64,000 nucleotides of DNA from Pseudomonadales bacterium (GCA_022072145.1 JAJVIG010000012.1:29129-93128); one strand, 5' to 3'; shown: positions 22,617 to 33,553, counted from the stretch's first letter. Made by a program: numbers and translations. The notes: generated by a model not told the origin, from the letters alone.

Positions 22617-24065
22617 ATGGCCACGATCGGATCGCTGGGAGCCGGTTCGGGTCTCGACCTGGAATCGCTGCTGCAGAAGCTGATCACCGCCGAAGGCACG
22701 CCGCGGCTGAGCGCGCTCACACGGCGCGAGGCCGCAATCCAGGCCGACATCTCCGCCTTCGGCTCGTTGAAGAGCGCGCTCGACCAGTTCCGCGCCGGCG
22801 TCCGTGCACTGTCCGCCGCCGACGCGCTCCAGCAGCGCACTGTCGCCACCGGCAACAGCGCCTACTTCAGCGCCAGCGCGGGTGCCGCCGCGGCGGCCGG
22901 AACCCACTCGATCCAGGTGCTGGGCACGGCACGCGCCCAGCGGCTGATCAGCACCGCGAGCTTCGCCGATGCCGGTGCCACCGTCGGCGAGGGGACGCTC
23001 ACGATCACGCTCGGCGACGCTTCGTTCGAAGTCACGACCAGCGCCACCACCACGCTCGCCGAACTGAAGACGCTGATCAACGAGGCAACCGGCGATTCCG
23101 GGCTCGCCGCGACGCTGATGGTCGTCGCCGTCGATCCGCTCGATGCCTCGGCCGGTACCGTGACGCGTTTGATGCTGTCCTCGGAGAAGACCGGCAGCGC
23201 GAACACGATCGGGGTCGCCGTCGACGATGCCGATGCCACCGACACCGACGACCAGGGACTGTCACGGTTCTATTTCTCCGCTTCCGACCCGCTCAACAGC
23301 CAGCTCGACGAGCAGCAGGCGGCAGCGGATGCGCGCATCGTCGTCAACGGTTTCACCGCCTGGAGCGCCACCAACACCTTCGCCGACGTGCTGGAAGGCG
23401 TCGCGATCACGGCGCTGAAGGATCCGGAGGATCCGCTCGCCCCGGCGGTGGAGACGCTCACCGTCGCGCTCGACCGCGCCGGCGTCGCCGCGCGCGTTAA
23501 GTCCTTCGTGAACGGCTACAACGAGGTCGTCAAGGCGATCCGCAGCGTCTCTTCGTACGACACGGCCACCAGGACCGCCGGAGCGCTGAACGGTGACGCC
23601 ACCGTGCGCGGCATCGGCTCGCGGCTGCGCGCGATCATCGGCTCGCAGGCGCCGGATGCCGGCGGCATCGGCTCGCTCGCACAACTCGGCATCAGCACGC
23701 AGCGCGACGGCACGCTGGCGGTCGACGCAGCGAAACTCGACGCGGCGCTCGCCGGCGGTTTCGGCGACGTTGCCGCGCTGTTCCAGGGCGAGGACGGCAT
23801 CGCCGTGCGGCTGGAGCAGACGCTCGACGGCTACCTGGACAGCGACGGGCTGCTCGCCAGCCGCACCCAGGGGCTGGACCGGCAACTGGCCCAGATCGGC
23901 ACCGAACGGGAAAACCTCAACACACGGCTCGAGAAGATCGAGGCCCAGTACCGCACGCGCTTCGCCGCCCTCGATGCGCTGGTCGCGCAGCTGCAGAGCA
24001 CCGGCTCCTACCTCGACGCCCAGCTCGCCAACACGTCCAGCATCATCAGCGGCCGCAGCCGATGA
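22617..24065 (+). CDS. fliD: flagellar filament cap protein (HAP2)
   Basis: 482 aa. N-terminus GSLGAGSGLDLESLLQKLI and a C-terminal coiled coil typical of FliD. Confidence 0.93.
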   Translation: MATIGSLGAGSGLDLESLLQKLITAEGTPRLSALTRREAAIQADISAFGSLKSALDQFRAGVRALSAADALQQRTVATGNSAYFSASAGAAAAAGTHSIQVLGTARAQRLISTASFADAGATVGEGTLTITLGDASFEVTTSATTTLAELKTLINEATGDSGLAATLMVVAVDPLDASAGTVTRLMLSSEKTGSANTIGVAVDDADATDTDDQGLSRFYFSASDPLNSQLDEQQAAADARIVVNGFTAWSATNTFADVLEGVAITALKDPEDPLAPAVETLTVALDRAGVAARVKSFVNGYNEVVKAIRSVSSYDTATRTAGALNGDATVRGIGSRLRAIIGSQAPDAGGIGSLAQLGISTQRDGTLAVDAAKLDAALAGGFGDVAALFQGEDGIAVRLEQTLDGYLDSDGLLASRTQGLDRQLAQIGTERENLNTRLEKIEAQYRTRFAALDALVAQLQSTGSYLDAQLANTSSIISGRSR

Positions 24066-24439
24066 ACGAGCCGGCGCCACCGGTCGCCGACACAGCGGCC
24101 GTCCGTGCCGCCCTGCCGGAGTCGTTGCGGGAAGACTGGTTGCGGATCGAGGCGCTGGCGCAAAGGATCCGCGCCGCGCTCGCCGAAGACGAGCTCGAGG
24201 CGGCGCGCGAGCTGGCGCGCGAGCACGCCGGCCGCATCACGAGTCTCGTCGATGGTTTCGCAACGAACGCCCTGGCGCAGGAACTGCGCGCGCAGGCGCT
24301 GAAGCTGCTGCTCGCCGCCAACGACGAACTGCAGCACGCTGCGCAGGATCGGCTGCTTGCCACGGCGCTCGATGCCTCGACCGCGCGCGAGCGTCGCCGT
24401 GGCATCGACGCCTACCACGCGCAGCAGGAGCCGACCTGA
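24062..24439 (+). CDS. hypothetical all-helical protein in the position of a FliD chaperone (FliT-like candidate)
   Basis: 125 aa. ATGA overlap with the fliD stop, good G/C third-position bias, Ala/Glu/Leu-rich helices. No conserved motif recognised; the FliT idea rests on position and size only. Confidence 0.4.
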   Translation: MNEPAPPVADTAAVRAALPESLREDWLRIEALAQRIRAALAEDELEAARELAREHAGRITSLVDGFATNALAQELRAQALKLLLAANDELQHAAQDRLLATALDASTARERRRGIDAYHAQQEPT

Positions 24440-24464
24440 ACCTGGAGCGACCCCTTCGGTTCAG
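24436..24464. terminator. hairpin spanning the convergent stops of the fliD-distal ORF and flgL
   Basis: CTGAACC (24436-24442) pairs with GGTTCAG (24458-24464) around a 15-nt loop. It overlaps both stop codons. A weak candidate for a bidirectional terminator. Confidence 0.3.
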
Positions 24465-25696
24465 CGCAGGAACGAGAACAGCGACAACCCCGCGACCTTC
24501 GCCAGACTCTGCTGCGCCGCCTGCAGGACCAGCGTATGGAACGCCAGGCGGCTGGCGGCTTCCTCGAGATCCAGATCGACCAGGTCGGACGCCAGCTCGT
24601 CGTTCGCCAGATCGATCGCGCGCTGCTCGGTGCGCAGATCGTCGAGCCGCGCCAGCCGCGTGCCGGCGTCGGCGCGCCGCCCGCTCAGCGACTGCAGCGC
24701 GCTGTCGAGTCCGGCCAATGCCGTGGCGACGACCTGGGCGCGCTCGCTGGCGCCCTGCGGCGTATCGGGTGCGGCCGCCAGCCCCTGGGCGAGTCGCTGG
24801 ACCGTCAGCGCGATCGGCTCGGTTGCGCGCGCCTCGAGAATGAATTCGTCACCGGGCACCGGGTTGCCGGTGATCGTGACCTCGACACCCAGAATGGTCA
24901 CCGTCAGCGGCTCTCCCGGAGTGTAGGCGGTGCGCGGACGCTCGCGCGTGATGGCACCGCTCGCCTGGTCCACGCTGCTGACGATGTAGGTGCCGGGCGG
25001 ATTGGAGAAGCGCACCACGATATCGTCGGGATACACGCCGGCATAGGCGGCCGGATCGACCACGCGGCCCGCCGACACCGCCCCGCTGCCGCGGTTGGTG
25101 GCATCCGCGCGGGTGACGAAGGTCGGCGCCGCGGCCGGCACGTCGACGAACAGCGCGCGCCCGGAATCGCGCGACCGCAGTGCAACCCCGTCGCCGACGT
25201 CGACGCGCCGCGCCTCGTCGTCGCCCCGATACACGAGTTGCCCGTTCGATGCGACGACGAACGGAGCCTGGTCGGCAGCGCTGCCGGCGAACAGGTAATC
25301 GCCGCTGGCGCTGCGCGCGTTGAACAGCGCGAGCAGATCCTCGCCGGCACCGTTCAGCGCGGAGACGATGGTCGCGCGCTCGCTGGCGGTGAGTGTGGCG
25401 TTGTTCGCCTGCAGGGCCAGATCCTTGACCCTGAGCAGCACGTTGCCGACCGACTCGAGCACCAGGTCCTGCTGGCGCAGATCGTTCTCGGCAAGGTCCG
25501 CGTTGCGCAGGTACTGCGCGCTGCGTGCCTTTTCCTGCCGGATCCCGAGCGCGATCGCGGCGCCGGCCGGGTCGTCGGCGGGCGAGAGGATGCGGGTCGA
25601 GGCAGAGATCTGTTCCTGTGCGCGCGCGACCTCGGCCTGCGCGCGCGCCATGTTGCGCACGCCGGTAGCGAAGATATGCGAGGTCGCGATACGCAT
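24461..25696 (-). CDS. flgL: flagellar hook-associated protein 3
   Basis: 411 aa. MRIATSHIFATGVRNM... flagellin-like N-terminus. Follows flgK. Confidence 0.92.
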   Translation of the reverse strand: MRIATSHIFATGVRNMARAQAEVARAQEQISASTRILSPADDPAGAAIALGIRQEKARSAQYLRNADLAENDLRQQDLVLESVGNVLLRVKDLALQANNATLTASERATIVSALNGAGEDLLALFNARSASGDYLFAGSAADQAPFVVASNGQLVYRGDDEARRVDVGDGVALRSRDSGRALFVDVPAAAPTFVTRADATNRGSGAVSAGRVVDPAAYAGVYPDDIVVRFSNPPGTYIVSSVDQASGAITRERPRTAYTPGEPLTVTILGVEVTITGNPVPGDEFILEARATEPIALTVQRLAQGLAAAPDTPQGASERAQVVATALAGLDSALQSLSGRRADAGTRLARLDDLRTEQRAIDLANDELASDLVDLDLEEAASRLAFHTLVLQAAQQSLAKVAGLSLFSFLR

Positions 25697-25709
25697 ATGC
25701 GGTTTCCGT

Positions 25710-27713
25710 TCAGCCGATCGCGTCGAACAGCGCGTCGAGCACGGTGCGCGCCACCGCGATCACCTGTGCCGATGCATTGTAGGCCTGTTCGAAGCGGATC
25801 AGGTTGGCCGCTTCCTCGTCCAGGTTGACTCCCGACAGCTGCTCGCGCCGGTCCTGCGTCTGCTCGAGCACCGTCAACCCCGATTCGGCGTCGACGCGCG
25901 CCGAGCGCGTGGTGCTGCCCACGCCCGAGACCAGCAGGTTGTACGCCTGCTGGTAGCCGATGCGCCCGCCTGCCACTGTATCGGCCGACTGCAGCGCCGA
26001 CATCAGCCTCGCGTTGCGGTTGTCGGCCACCGCGCCGGCGTTGTAATCGATGCGGAAGCTGTCACCGGCAGCCGGGCTGCCGGCCAGCGTGACCTGCAAG
26101 CCGTACCAGGCAGGGGCGGACGCGTCGCCACCGAACAGCGTGTTGCTCGCCCCCGGCGTGAACTCGAGCCCGGAGTGCAACACCGCCAAGGTGTCCGCAT
26201 CGAGGATGTCGTAACGCGTGGCGCTGCGGAAGCGCACCAGCAGCGGCGGCGACAGCACACCGGGCGTCGCGAATGCCGCGGTCGTCGTATCGAGGGTGCG
26301 TACCTCGCCGAGGGTGCCGGTACCGATGTTGCCGGCGCTGGCACTGGCGCGCACCGCGCCGGCCAGCGCGAGATCCTCGGGGCGCGTCATCACGGTCCGC
26401 ATCGACTGCGCGCCACGCCTCGTGGGCTGGATCAGGAAGCGGTCGCCATCGACGAAGTTGCCCGGCGGCAATTCGCTGAGGTTCAGGTCGAGCGTGAAAC
26501 CGTCGACGCTTACCAGCGTATCGGCCAGGCTGCTGCCGCTGGCGGCGAGTGTCCCGTCCTGCAGGCGCAGCAACCGCCAGGAGCCGCCGGCGCCGATATC
26601 GAGCCGGTAATCGCTGGTCGTCAGCTGCGCCGGCTCCGTGATGAACACACGCACGCCGCCGGTGGAGGCCGGATCGTTGTCGGCCGCCGGACGCGCGCGC
26701 AGCGCCGCCGCCAGCCGCTCGTCGGGATCGCTGAACACAGCGCCGCCGAGATCGCCTTCCAGGTCGACGCCGAGCGCGTTCTGCGCATTCACGTCCGCGC
26801 TGAAGGCGAGCGCGATGCGCCCCAGCGAATTGAATGCGGGGTCGAGCATCTGCTCGCGAAAGGCCAGCAGTCCGCCCACCTCGCCGCCGGTCGTGGATTG
26901 CGAGACGATCGCCGTGGCGCCGCCGATGCGCAGTGCAAGCTGGCGCCGTGACGGGTCGAGCGGATCCTCGATCGCCACCGCGGCGTTGGCGCTGGATCCG
27001 GTCACCAGCGCCTGCCCCTTGCCGAGGTAGAGATTCAATGCGCTGCCGTCGGCCACGACCTGCACGTCGACGAGCGCGGACAGCTGCAGCACCAGCCGGT
27101 CGCGCTCGTCGAGCAGATCGTTGGGCTGCTGGCCGGTCGTGCCCTGGCTGCCCAGGCGCATGCCGATTTCCGCGTTGAGCCGCGCCACCCCCCCGGCCAG
27201 CGTGTCGATCTCATCGGCGATCGCCTCGATGCGCGTGTTCAGCGCTGCGTCGATCCCGGCCAGGCGCGCATACAGCGCGTTGAACCGTTCGGTCAGCGCC
27301 GAGGCTGAATCGAGCACCAGTCCGCGCAGCGCCAACGACTGCGGATCGCTGGCAGCGTCACCGAGTGCAGCGAAGAAATCGTCGATACGGTCCGATATCC
27401 CGATCGAGGGGTCGGCGAACAGCGAGTCGAGTTGCTCACCGTAGGAGGCGAAGATACGCGCGCGCTGGTAGACCGAGGTGTCGGTACGCAGCTGCCCGGT
27501 CACGAAGCGGTCCACCAGGCGCGACACCGCCTCGACCTCAACCCCGTTGCCGAATACCAGCCCGTTGAGCTCGCGCCCCGGCAGCGTCGCGAACTCGGCG
27601 CGCTGGCGGCTGAACCCCTCGACCGAGGCATTGGCGATGTTGTGCCCGGTGGTATTCAGCGCACCCTGGTACGCGAGCAGGCCGGAGGTGGCGATGCGCA
27701 GCAGGTCGGCCAT
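25710..27713 (-). CDS. flgK: flagellar hook-associated protein 1
   Basis: 667 aa. MADLLRIATSGLLAYQGALNTTGHNIANASVEGFSRQ N-terminus and ...EAANLIRFEQAYNASAQVI C-terminus. Confidence 0.93.
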   Translation of the reverse strand: MADLLRIATSGLLAYQGALNTTGHNIANASVEGFSRQRAEFATLPGRELNGLVFGNGVEVEAVSRLVDRFVTGQLRTDTSVYQRARIFASYGEQLDSLFADPSIGISDRIDDFFAALGDAASDPQSLALRGLVLDSASALTERFNALYARLAGIDAALNTRIEAIADEIDTLAGGVARLNAEIGMRLGSQGTTGQQPNDLLDERDRLVLQLSALVDVQVVADGSALNLYLGKGQALVTGSSANAAVAIEDPLDPSRRQLALRIGGATAIVSQSTTGGEVGGLLAFREQMLDPAFNSLGRIALAFSADVNAQNALGVDLEGDLGGAVFSDPDERLAAALRARPAADNDPASTGGVRVFITEPAQLTTSDYRLDIGAGGSWRLLRLQDGTLAASGSSLADTLVSVDGFTLDLNLSELPPGNFVDGDRFLIQPTRRGAQSMRTVMTRPEDLALAGAVRASASAGNIGTGTLGEVRTLDTTTAAFATPGVLSPPLLVRFRSATRYDILDADTLAVLHSGLEFTPGASNTLFGGDASAPAWYGLQVTLAGSPAAGDSFRIDYNAGAVADNRNARLMSALQSADTVAGGRIGYQQAYNLLVSGVGSTTRSARVDAESGLTVLEQTQDRREQLSGVNLDEEAANLIRFEQAYNASAQVIAVARTVLDALFDAIG

Positions 27714-27716
27714 GGA

Positions 27717-28703
27717 TCAGTCCGCCTCCGCGATCGCAGCGTCGTCCATCAGTTCCAGCACCTTGTGCGCGTAGTCCGGATCGGTGGCATAGCCCGCCCG
27801 TGCCAGCGAGCGGACGAAGCGCGTCGCGTCGGGGGCGTTCGCGAGCGCGGCCGCATAGCGCGGCTGCGAGCGCAGCAGCTCGACGTAATCGGCGAAACTC
27901 TCGGCGTAGGATCCGTAGGCCCGAAAGCGCGCGCGTTGCGGCTGCGGCAGCCCGTGCACGTACTCCAGCGCCGTGACGCCCACCGACGGCCCCTGCCAGT
28001 AGCTGCCCGCCTTGATGTTGAACAGGTTGTTGCTGCTGCGCCCGGCGTGGTCGGCGAGTATCGACTGGCCCCAGCCGGTCTCGAGCGCGGACTGCGCGAT
28101 CAGTACGCGATGATCGACGCCGAGCGCGCGGGCGGCGCGCCTGGCGTCGGGCAGCAACGCGCTCACGAAGCTCTCTTTGCCGCCGAACAAACCCTCGGCG
28201 ATACGCCTCTGCGCGCGCCGTGCGACCGGCTCGAGCAGGCGCATCGCGTTGCCGAGCACCACCGGCAGCCCCGTCTTCGGCGCCGCCGGCGCCTTCTCGA
28301 TGCGCCGCGCCGCGAGTTGTGCCTCGTCCGAGGCGGCGACGCCGGTGGTCGCGCCGGTCGCCGGCGAGACTCCGAACTGGCGTTGCAACTGACGCGCCAG
28401 CAGGTCGCCGAGCCCGATGCCGCGCCCGGCGGTCAGCGACACCGCCAACTGGCGGTCCAGCAGTTCCTGGCGAAACTGCATCTCGCCGGTGTTGAGCGGG
28501 TTGTCGTCGGCAAACACCCCGTTGGCCGCGCGCATGCCCGAGAGCATCTGCGAGACAAAGAAGGACTCGAACTGGCGCGCCGCCGCCTGCAGCGCCGCCG
28601 CACGATCGGTGCGTCCGAGCGCGCTGATGGACTGCAGACCGGAAACATCGGTCCAGGCCGCCGGATTCGCCACCGCTGCGCCCATCGTCCCGGACTCCCG
28701 CAC
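27717..28703 (-). CDS. flgJ: flagellar rod-assembly protein and peptidoglycan hydrolase FlgJ
   Basis: N-terminal rod-binding motif (AARQFESFFVSQMLSGMR) plus a C-terminal muramidase domain (ALGVDHRVLIAQSALETGWG...NLFNIKA). Confidence 0.92.
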   Translation of the reverse strand: MRESGTMGAAVANPAAWTDVSGLQSISALGRTDRAAALQAAARQFESFFVSQMLSGMRAANGVFADDNPLNTGEMQFRQELLDRQLAVSLTAGRGIGLGDLLARQLQRQFGVSPATGATTGVAASDEAQLAARRIEKAPAAPKTGLPVVLGNAMRLLEPVARRAQRRIAEGLFGGKESFVSALLPDARRAARALGVDHRVLIAQSALETGWGQSILADHAGRSSNNLFNIKAGSYWQGPSVGVTALEYVHGLPQPQRARFRAYGSYAESFADYVELLRSQPRYAAALANAPDATRFVRSLARAGYATDPDYAHKVLELMDDAAIAEAD

Positions 28704-28707
28704 CGGC

Positions 28708-29844
28708 TCAGATCACGATCAGCTCGGCGCGCAGCGCGCCGGCCTGCTTCAACGCCTCGAGAATCGCCATCAGGTCGCCCGGCGCCGCGCCCACGCTGTT
28801 GACCGCCTCGACCAGTTCGTCGATGGTGCGCACCGCGCCGAACTTCCACATCGGATTGCCCTCCTGCTGAACCTCGACCGTGGACTGCGGCACCACGACC
28901 GTCTCACCGCGCCCGCCGAACGGCCCCGGCTGGCTGACCGCGGGACTTTCGGACACCACCACCGTCATGCTGCCATGCGTGATCGCGACCGGCTCGACGG
29001 TCACGTGGTTGCCGACCACGATGGTGCCGGTGCGCGAGTTGATCACCACCCGCGCGGGCGCCTCGCCGGGATCGACCTCGAGGTTCTCGAGCAGCGAGGC
29101 GAAGGATACCCGCTGCGAGGGATCGCCGGGCGAGCGTACCTGCACCGAGGCGGCGTCGAGCGCACTGGCGACCTGCGGCCCCAGCGTCTCGTTGATCTTC
29201 TGCGCGACGCGGCGCGCGGTGGTGAAATCCGGGCGGATGAGGTTGAACACCAGGTCGCCACCCTGGGTGAACGAGGTCTCGACCGCACGCTCGATCGAGG
29301 CGCCGCCGGCGATGCGTCCCACGCTCGGCACGTTGACCGAGATCCGCGAGCCGTCCTGCCCCTCGGCGCCGAAGCCGCCGACCACCAGATCGCCCTGCGC
29401 GAGTGCATAGACCTCGCCGTCGATTCCCTTCAGCGGCGTCAGCAGCAGCGTGCCGCCGCGCAGGCTCTTCGCGTTGGCAAGCGAGGACACCGTGACGTCG
29501 ATCGTCTGCCCGGGCTTCACGAACGGCGGCAGCTGCGCGTGCACCGCGACCGCGGCCACGTTCTTCAGCTGCAGCCGCACCCCTTCGGGCAGCGCGATCC
29601 CGAACTGGCGCAGCATGCTCATGAACGACTGCGAGGTGAACGGCGCCTGGGTGGTCTGGTCGCCGGTGCCGTCCAGCCCGACCACCAGACCGTAGCCGAT
29701 CAGGTGGTTCGCGCGCACGCCGGCCAGCGTCGCGATGTCCTTGATGCGCTCGGCGCGCGCTGCCGGCGCCAGCGCGAGCAGCAGCGCAAGCAGCGCGCAC
29801 GCGCCGAGCGTGCGCGCCAAGACGAACCTTGCGCCGACGTTCAT
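28708..29844 (-). CDS. flgI: flagellar P-ring protein
   Basis: 378 aa from MNVGARF. Signal peptide, then [35 protein letters not shown] overlap with the flgH stop. The ORF-track start at 30501 is an extension. Confidence 0.95.
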   Translation of the reverse strand: MNVGARFVLARTLGACALLALLLALAPAARAERIKDIATLAGVRANHLIGYGLVVGLDGTGDQTTQAPFTSQSFMSMLRQFGIALPEGVRLQLKNVAAVAVHAQLPPFVKPGQTIDVTVSSLANAKSLRGGTLLLTPLKGIDGEVYALAQGDLVVGGFGAEGQDGSRISVNVPSVGRIAGGASIERAVETSFTQGGDLVFNLIRPDFTTARRVAQKINETLGPQVASALDAASVQVRSPGDPSQRVSFASLLENLEVDPGEAPARVVINSRTGTIVVGNHVTVEPVAITHGSMTVVVSESPAVSQPGPFGGRGETVVVPQSTVEVQQEGNPMWKFGAVRTIDELVEAVNSVGAAPGDLMAILEALKQAGALRAELIVI

Positions 29845-30548
29845 AGCGGGAACCATCCACTGTTGAAGAAGCGTGACAGCCAGCCCATGCGATTCGCGGC
29901 CGCGAGCTCGCCGGTGCCGCTGTAGCCGATGCGCGCGTCGGCGAGCCGCGTGGAGGCGACCGAGTTGTCCGGCCCCAGGTCCTCCTGGCGCACCAGCCCC
30001 GTGAGGCGTACGTATTCGCTGCCGCGGTTCAGTTGCAGCCACTTCTCGCCGCGCACGCGCAGCAGCCCGTTCGGCAACACCTCGATGACGCTGACCGCGA
30101 TGCTGCCGTTCAGGCTGTTGCTCTGCGAGCTTTCGGCCTCCCCGTTGAAATCGCGTTCGCCGCCCAGAGCAGTGCCGAGCGTGAGTCCACCGAGTTTCGC
30201 TTCCTTGCCGAGCACCGTTCCCTCGTCGATCGCGACCTCGGCGCTCTTCTGGATCTGCGTGTCGGCATCCTTGCGGGCCGCGGTGCGCTCGACCAGCCGC
30301 ACCGTGATGATGTCGCCGACCTGTGTCGCGCGCCGGTCCGAGAACAACGAGGTCCCGAAGCGCGCCCGGCGGATCGCTCCGGCCGCATGGAAGTCCGCGG
30401 CCGGCTCGCTGGCCACGACCGGAGCGTAGGCGGGGTCGTTCGGCATCTCGCGCAGGGGTGTGCTCGCGCAGCCTGCCAGCAGCAGCGCCAGCGCGGCGCA
30501 CATCGCGTGCAACAGGCGGGTTGGCGAAGTCATCCGGGCCGCCCTCAC
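29841..30548 (-). CDS. flgH: flagellar L-ring lipoprotein
   Basis: Lipobox LLLAGCAS and conserved [12 protein letters not shown] and LNGSIAVSV motifs. Alternative start at 30533. Confidence 0.93.
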   Translation of the reverse strand: MRAARMTSPTRLLHAMCAALALLLAGCASTPLREMPNDPAYAPVVASEPAADFHAAGAIRRARFGTSLFSDRRATQVGDIITVRLVERTAARKDADTQIQKSAEVAIDEGTVLGKEAKLGGLTLGTALGGERDFNGEAESSQSNSLNGSIAVSVIEVLPNGLLRVRGEKWLQLNRGSEYVRLTGLVRQEDLGPDNSVASTRLADARIGYSGTGELAAANRMGWLSRFFNSGWFPL

Positions 30549-31330
30549 AGGTTCTGCGAGATGTACTGCAGCATCTGGTCGCTGGTCGAGATGACCTTGG
30601 CGTTCATCTCGTAGGCGCGCTGCGTGGTGATCATGTTGACCAGTTCCTCGACTACGTCGACGTTCGAGTTCTCGAGGTTGCCCTGTTCGATGGTGCCCAG
30701 CCCGTCGAGCCCGGGCGTGCCGTTGGTGGGACTGCCGGAGGCCGTGGTCTCGAGGTACAGGTTGCCGCCGATCGCCTCCAGCCCGGCCGGGTTGATGAAG
30801 TCGGTCAGGGTGAGCGAACCGATCTGCTGCGCCTCCGGATCCCCGGCGAGCACCACCGACACCACGCCATCCTTGCCGATCGTGATCGAGCGTGTGGCCT
30901 CGGGAATGGTGATCGCCGGCTGGATCACCAGCCCGTCGGCATTCACCAGTTCACCGTCGCGGCTCAGGTGGAACTGCCCGTTGCGCGTGTAGGCGGTGGT
31001 GCCGTCGGGCAGCAGCACCTCGAGGAAGCCGCGTCCGTTGATCGCCACGTCGAGCGAATTGCCGGTCACCTGCAGGCTGCCCTCGGTGAATTCCTTCTGC
31101 GTGCCGACGATGCGCACGCCGGTACCGATCTGCAGCCCCGACGGCAACTGGTTGTTCTCCGAGGACTGCGCACCGGGCTGGCGGCGGATCTGGTACAGCA
31201 GGTCCTCGAAGGTCACGCGGTCGCGCTTGAAACCGACCGTGGAGACGTTTGCGAGGTTGTGCGACACGGTCGCGAGCTGCGTGTCCTGCGCGCTCAGACC
31301 GGTCTTGCTCACCCACAGTGCGTTCATCAT
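30545..31330 (-). CDS. flgG: flagellar distal rod protein
   Basis: 261 aa. [35 protein letters not shown] ... [20 protein letters not shown]. Confidence 0.96.
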   Translation of the reverse strand: MMNALWVSKTGLSAQDTQLATVSHNLANVSTVGFKRDRVTFEDLLYQIRRQPGAQSSENNQLPSGLQIGTGVRIVGTQKEFTEGSLQVTGNSLDVAINGRGFLEVLLPDGTTAYTRNGQFHLSRDGELVNADGLVIQPAITIPEATRSITIGKDGVVSVVLAGDPEAQQIGSLTLTDFINPAGLEAIGGNLYLETTASGSPTNGTPGLDGLGTIEQGNLENSNVDVVEELVNMITTQRAYEMNAKVISTSDQMLQYISQNL

Positions 31331-31360
31331 GATCCTGTCCTCCGAACTCCCGCTCCCCGA

Positions 31361-32104
31361 TCAGGAAATCTGCAGCAGACGTGCCGCTGCCTCGCTGTTC
31401 TCGTCGACGGTGCGCATCAGCTTCACCTGCACCTCGTACTGGCGCGCGAGTCCGAGCATCTCGGTCATCGCCTCGACCGCATTGACGTTGCTGCCTTCGA
31501 GGAATCCCGAAGCGACGCGCACCGTCGCATCGGCAGGTGCCACCGCTCCCGCGTGCAGGCGGACCAGCCCGTCCTCGCCCTTGTAGAGCTCCGGCGCCGG
31601 CGGGTTCACCAACCGGATGCGGTCCACCTGCGCCAACGCCTCCGACCCCTGCCCCAGCGCGCGCACGGTGAGCGTGCCGTCGGTGCCGATCTCTACCTTG
31701 GCCGCCGGCGGCACCGCGATCGGCCCGCTGTTGCCGAGCACCGGCAGCCCGCTGGCGGTGACCAGTTGACCGAGTGCGGTGATGTGCAGGTTGCCGTCGC
31801 GCGTGTAGGCCTCGGAACCGTCGGGCGCCTGCACCGCGATCCAGCCCGGGCCACGCAGAGCGATGTCGAGGTCGCGTCCGGTCTCGCGCAGCGTGCCGAC
31901 CGTGAAATCGGTCGCCGGCCGCTCGGTGAGCGCGTGCGCGCGGGTCGGCAGCCCGTCGCCGAACCAGATCCCCATGCTGCGCGCCGCAACGTAGTCGCGG
32001 CGGAAGCCGTCGGTCGCCACGTTCGCGAGGTTGTTGGCATGCACGGCCTGCGCGAAGGTGTTGTGCTTCGCGCCGGTCATGCCGGTGTAGAGCGCGCGGT
32101 CCAT
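31361..32104 (-). CDS. flgF: flagellar proximal rod protein
   Basis: 247 aa. MDRALYTGMTGAKHNTFAQAVHANNLANVATDGFR N-terminus and the rod C-terminal motif. Confidence 0.93.
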   Translation of the reverse strand: MDRALYTGMTGAKHNTFAQAVHANNLANVATDGFRRDYVAARSMGIWFGDGLPTRAHALTERPATDFTVGTLRETGRDLDIALRGPGWIAVQAPDGSEAYTRDGNLHITALGQLVTASGLPVLGNSGPIAVPPAAKVEIGTDGTLTVRALGQGSEALAQVDRIRLVNPPAPELYKGEDGLVRLHAGAVAPADATVRVASGFLEGSNVNAVEAMTEMLGLARQYEVQVKLMRTVDENSEAAARLLQIS

Positions 32105-32122
32105 GGCCTTGCGTACGCCCTA

Positions 32123-33505
32123 TCAGCTGCGGATGTTGATCACGGTCTGCGTGATCGCGTTGTTGGTCTCGATGGTCTTCGCGTTGGCCTGGAAGTTGCG
32201 CTGCGCAATGATCAGGCTGACCAGTTCCTCGGAGATGTCGACGTTCGAATCCTCGAGCGCTCCGGCCTGCAGGCTGCCGAACACGCCCGCGGTGGCGAGA
32301 CCGCGCGTGGGCTGTCCCGACTCGAACGATTCGGCCCACTGGGTGTTGCCGATCGGCGTCAGGCCCTGCGGGTTCTGGAAGTCGGCCAGGATGATTTGCC
32401 CGAGGATCTGCGACTGCCCGTTGGTGTAGCGCGCGAACAGCACGCCGTTCTCGGAAATGTCGGTGCCGACCAGCTGGCCCGGCGCGAAGCCGTCCTGGTT
32501 CACGGACTCGACGTTGAAATCGTCGCCGAACTGCGTCGAACCGCTGATGTCGAGCACGAAGTCCGAGGTATCGTCGTCGACCACACCGTTGTAGGTCGGC
32601 GTGGCGGCGCCCCCGAGCGGTCCCAGCGGTTCGGCGTTCGAACCGAAATTGCTCTGGATCTGCCGGGCCGGGACCCAGTCGTCGATCACGAAGCGGTTGG
32701 TGCCGGCGTCGAGGCGTCCGTTCTCGTCGAAGCGCACCAGGAAGGCGCTGTTGTCCCCGTTGGGATCCAGTGGTGACGCCGTGGTGTTGGCCGGGTTGCC
32801 GCCGTTGACCAGCGCGCCGTCGATCGCCAGCCACATGAACCAGTCGTTGTTGACCCCGGTCTCGATGGCGGGATCGGGCTCGTCCTTGCGGAAGTACATC
32901 GTCGCGATGTGCGGAATGCCTTCCGAGTCGTAGATGGTGACCGAGGACGCGAAGTTGAACGTGTTCTGGTCGGTCGGATCGAAGGTCGGGTACAGCGCGC
33001 CGTCCGGCGCCGCCGCGGCCGCGTCGAGGTTGAAGCCCACGCGCGTGCGCGAGGTCTTGTTCGGCTGCAGGTTGAACGCCTCGATGCGCAGGTCGACCTC
33101 GTTGCCGAGGTCGACCTGGCCGACCGCGTTCGCCGCGTAGCCGACCAGCCGGCCGCCGGTGTTGCTCACCACGTACCCGTCCTTGTCGACGCCGAAAACG
33201 CCGGCGCGCGTGTAGGTACGCTCACCACCATTGTTGAGGATGAAAAAGCCGCGACCGTTGATCGCCACGTCGAGGTCGCGCTCGGTCAACGAGATGTTGC
33301 CCTGCGTGAACTGCTGCGCGACCTGCTGCAGCAGCACCCCGCTGCCGACCGCGCCGCTGCCGGTCAGGCTCGCCGCGTAGACGTCGCCGAATTCGGCGCG
33401 CGACTGCTTGAACCCGATGGTGCCGGCGTTGGCTATGTTGTTGCCGGTCACGTTGAGGTCCGAGGTCGCCGCCCGCAGACCGCTCAATCCGGTATTGAAT
33501 GACAT
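32123..33505 (-). CDS. flgE: flagellar hook protein
   Basis: 460 aa. MSFNTGLSGLRAATSDLNVTGNNIANAGTIGFK ... IIAQRNFQANAKTIETNNAITQTVINI. Confidence 0.94.
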   Translation of the reverse strand: MSFNTGLSGLRAATSDLNVTGNNIANAGTIGFKQSRAEFGDVYAASLTGSGAVGSGVLLQQVAQQFTQGNISLTERDLDVAINGRGFFILNNGGERTYTRAGVFGVDKDGYVVSNTGGRLVGYAANAVGQVDLGNEVDLRIEAFNLQPNKTSRTRVGFNLDAAAAAPDGALYPTFDPTDQNTFNFASSVTIYDSEGIPHIATMYFRKDEPDPAIETGVNNDWFMWLAIDGALVNGGNPANTTASPLDPNGDNSAFLVRFDENGRLDAGTNRFVIDDWVPARQIQSNFGSNAEPLGPLGGAATPTYNGVVDDDTSDFVLDISGSTQFGDDFNVESVNQDGFAPGQLVGTDISENGVLFARYTNGQSQILGQIILADFQNPQGLTPIGNTQWAESFESGQPTRGLATAGVFGSLQAGALEDSNVDISEELVSLIIAQRNFQANAKTIETNNAITQTVINIRS

Positions 33506-33553
33506 CGCGTTGTTCCTCGTGCGTGAATGGTGGCGCGACCCGTGTCGCGATTC

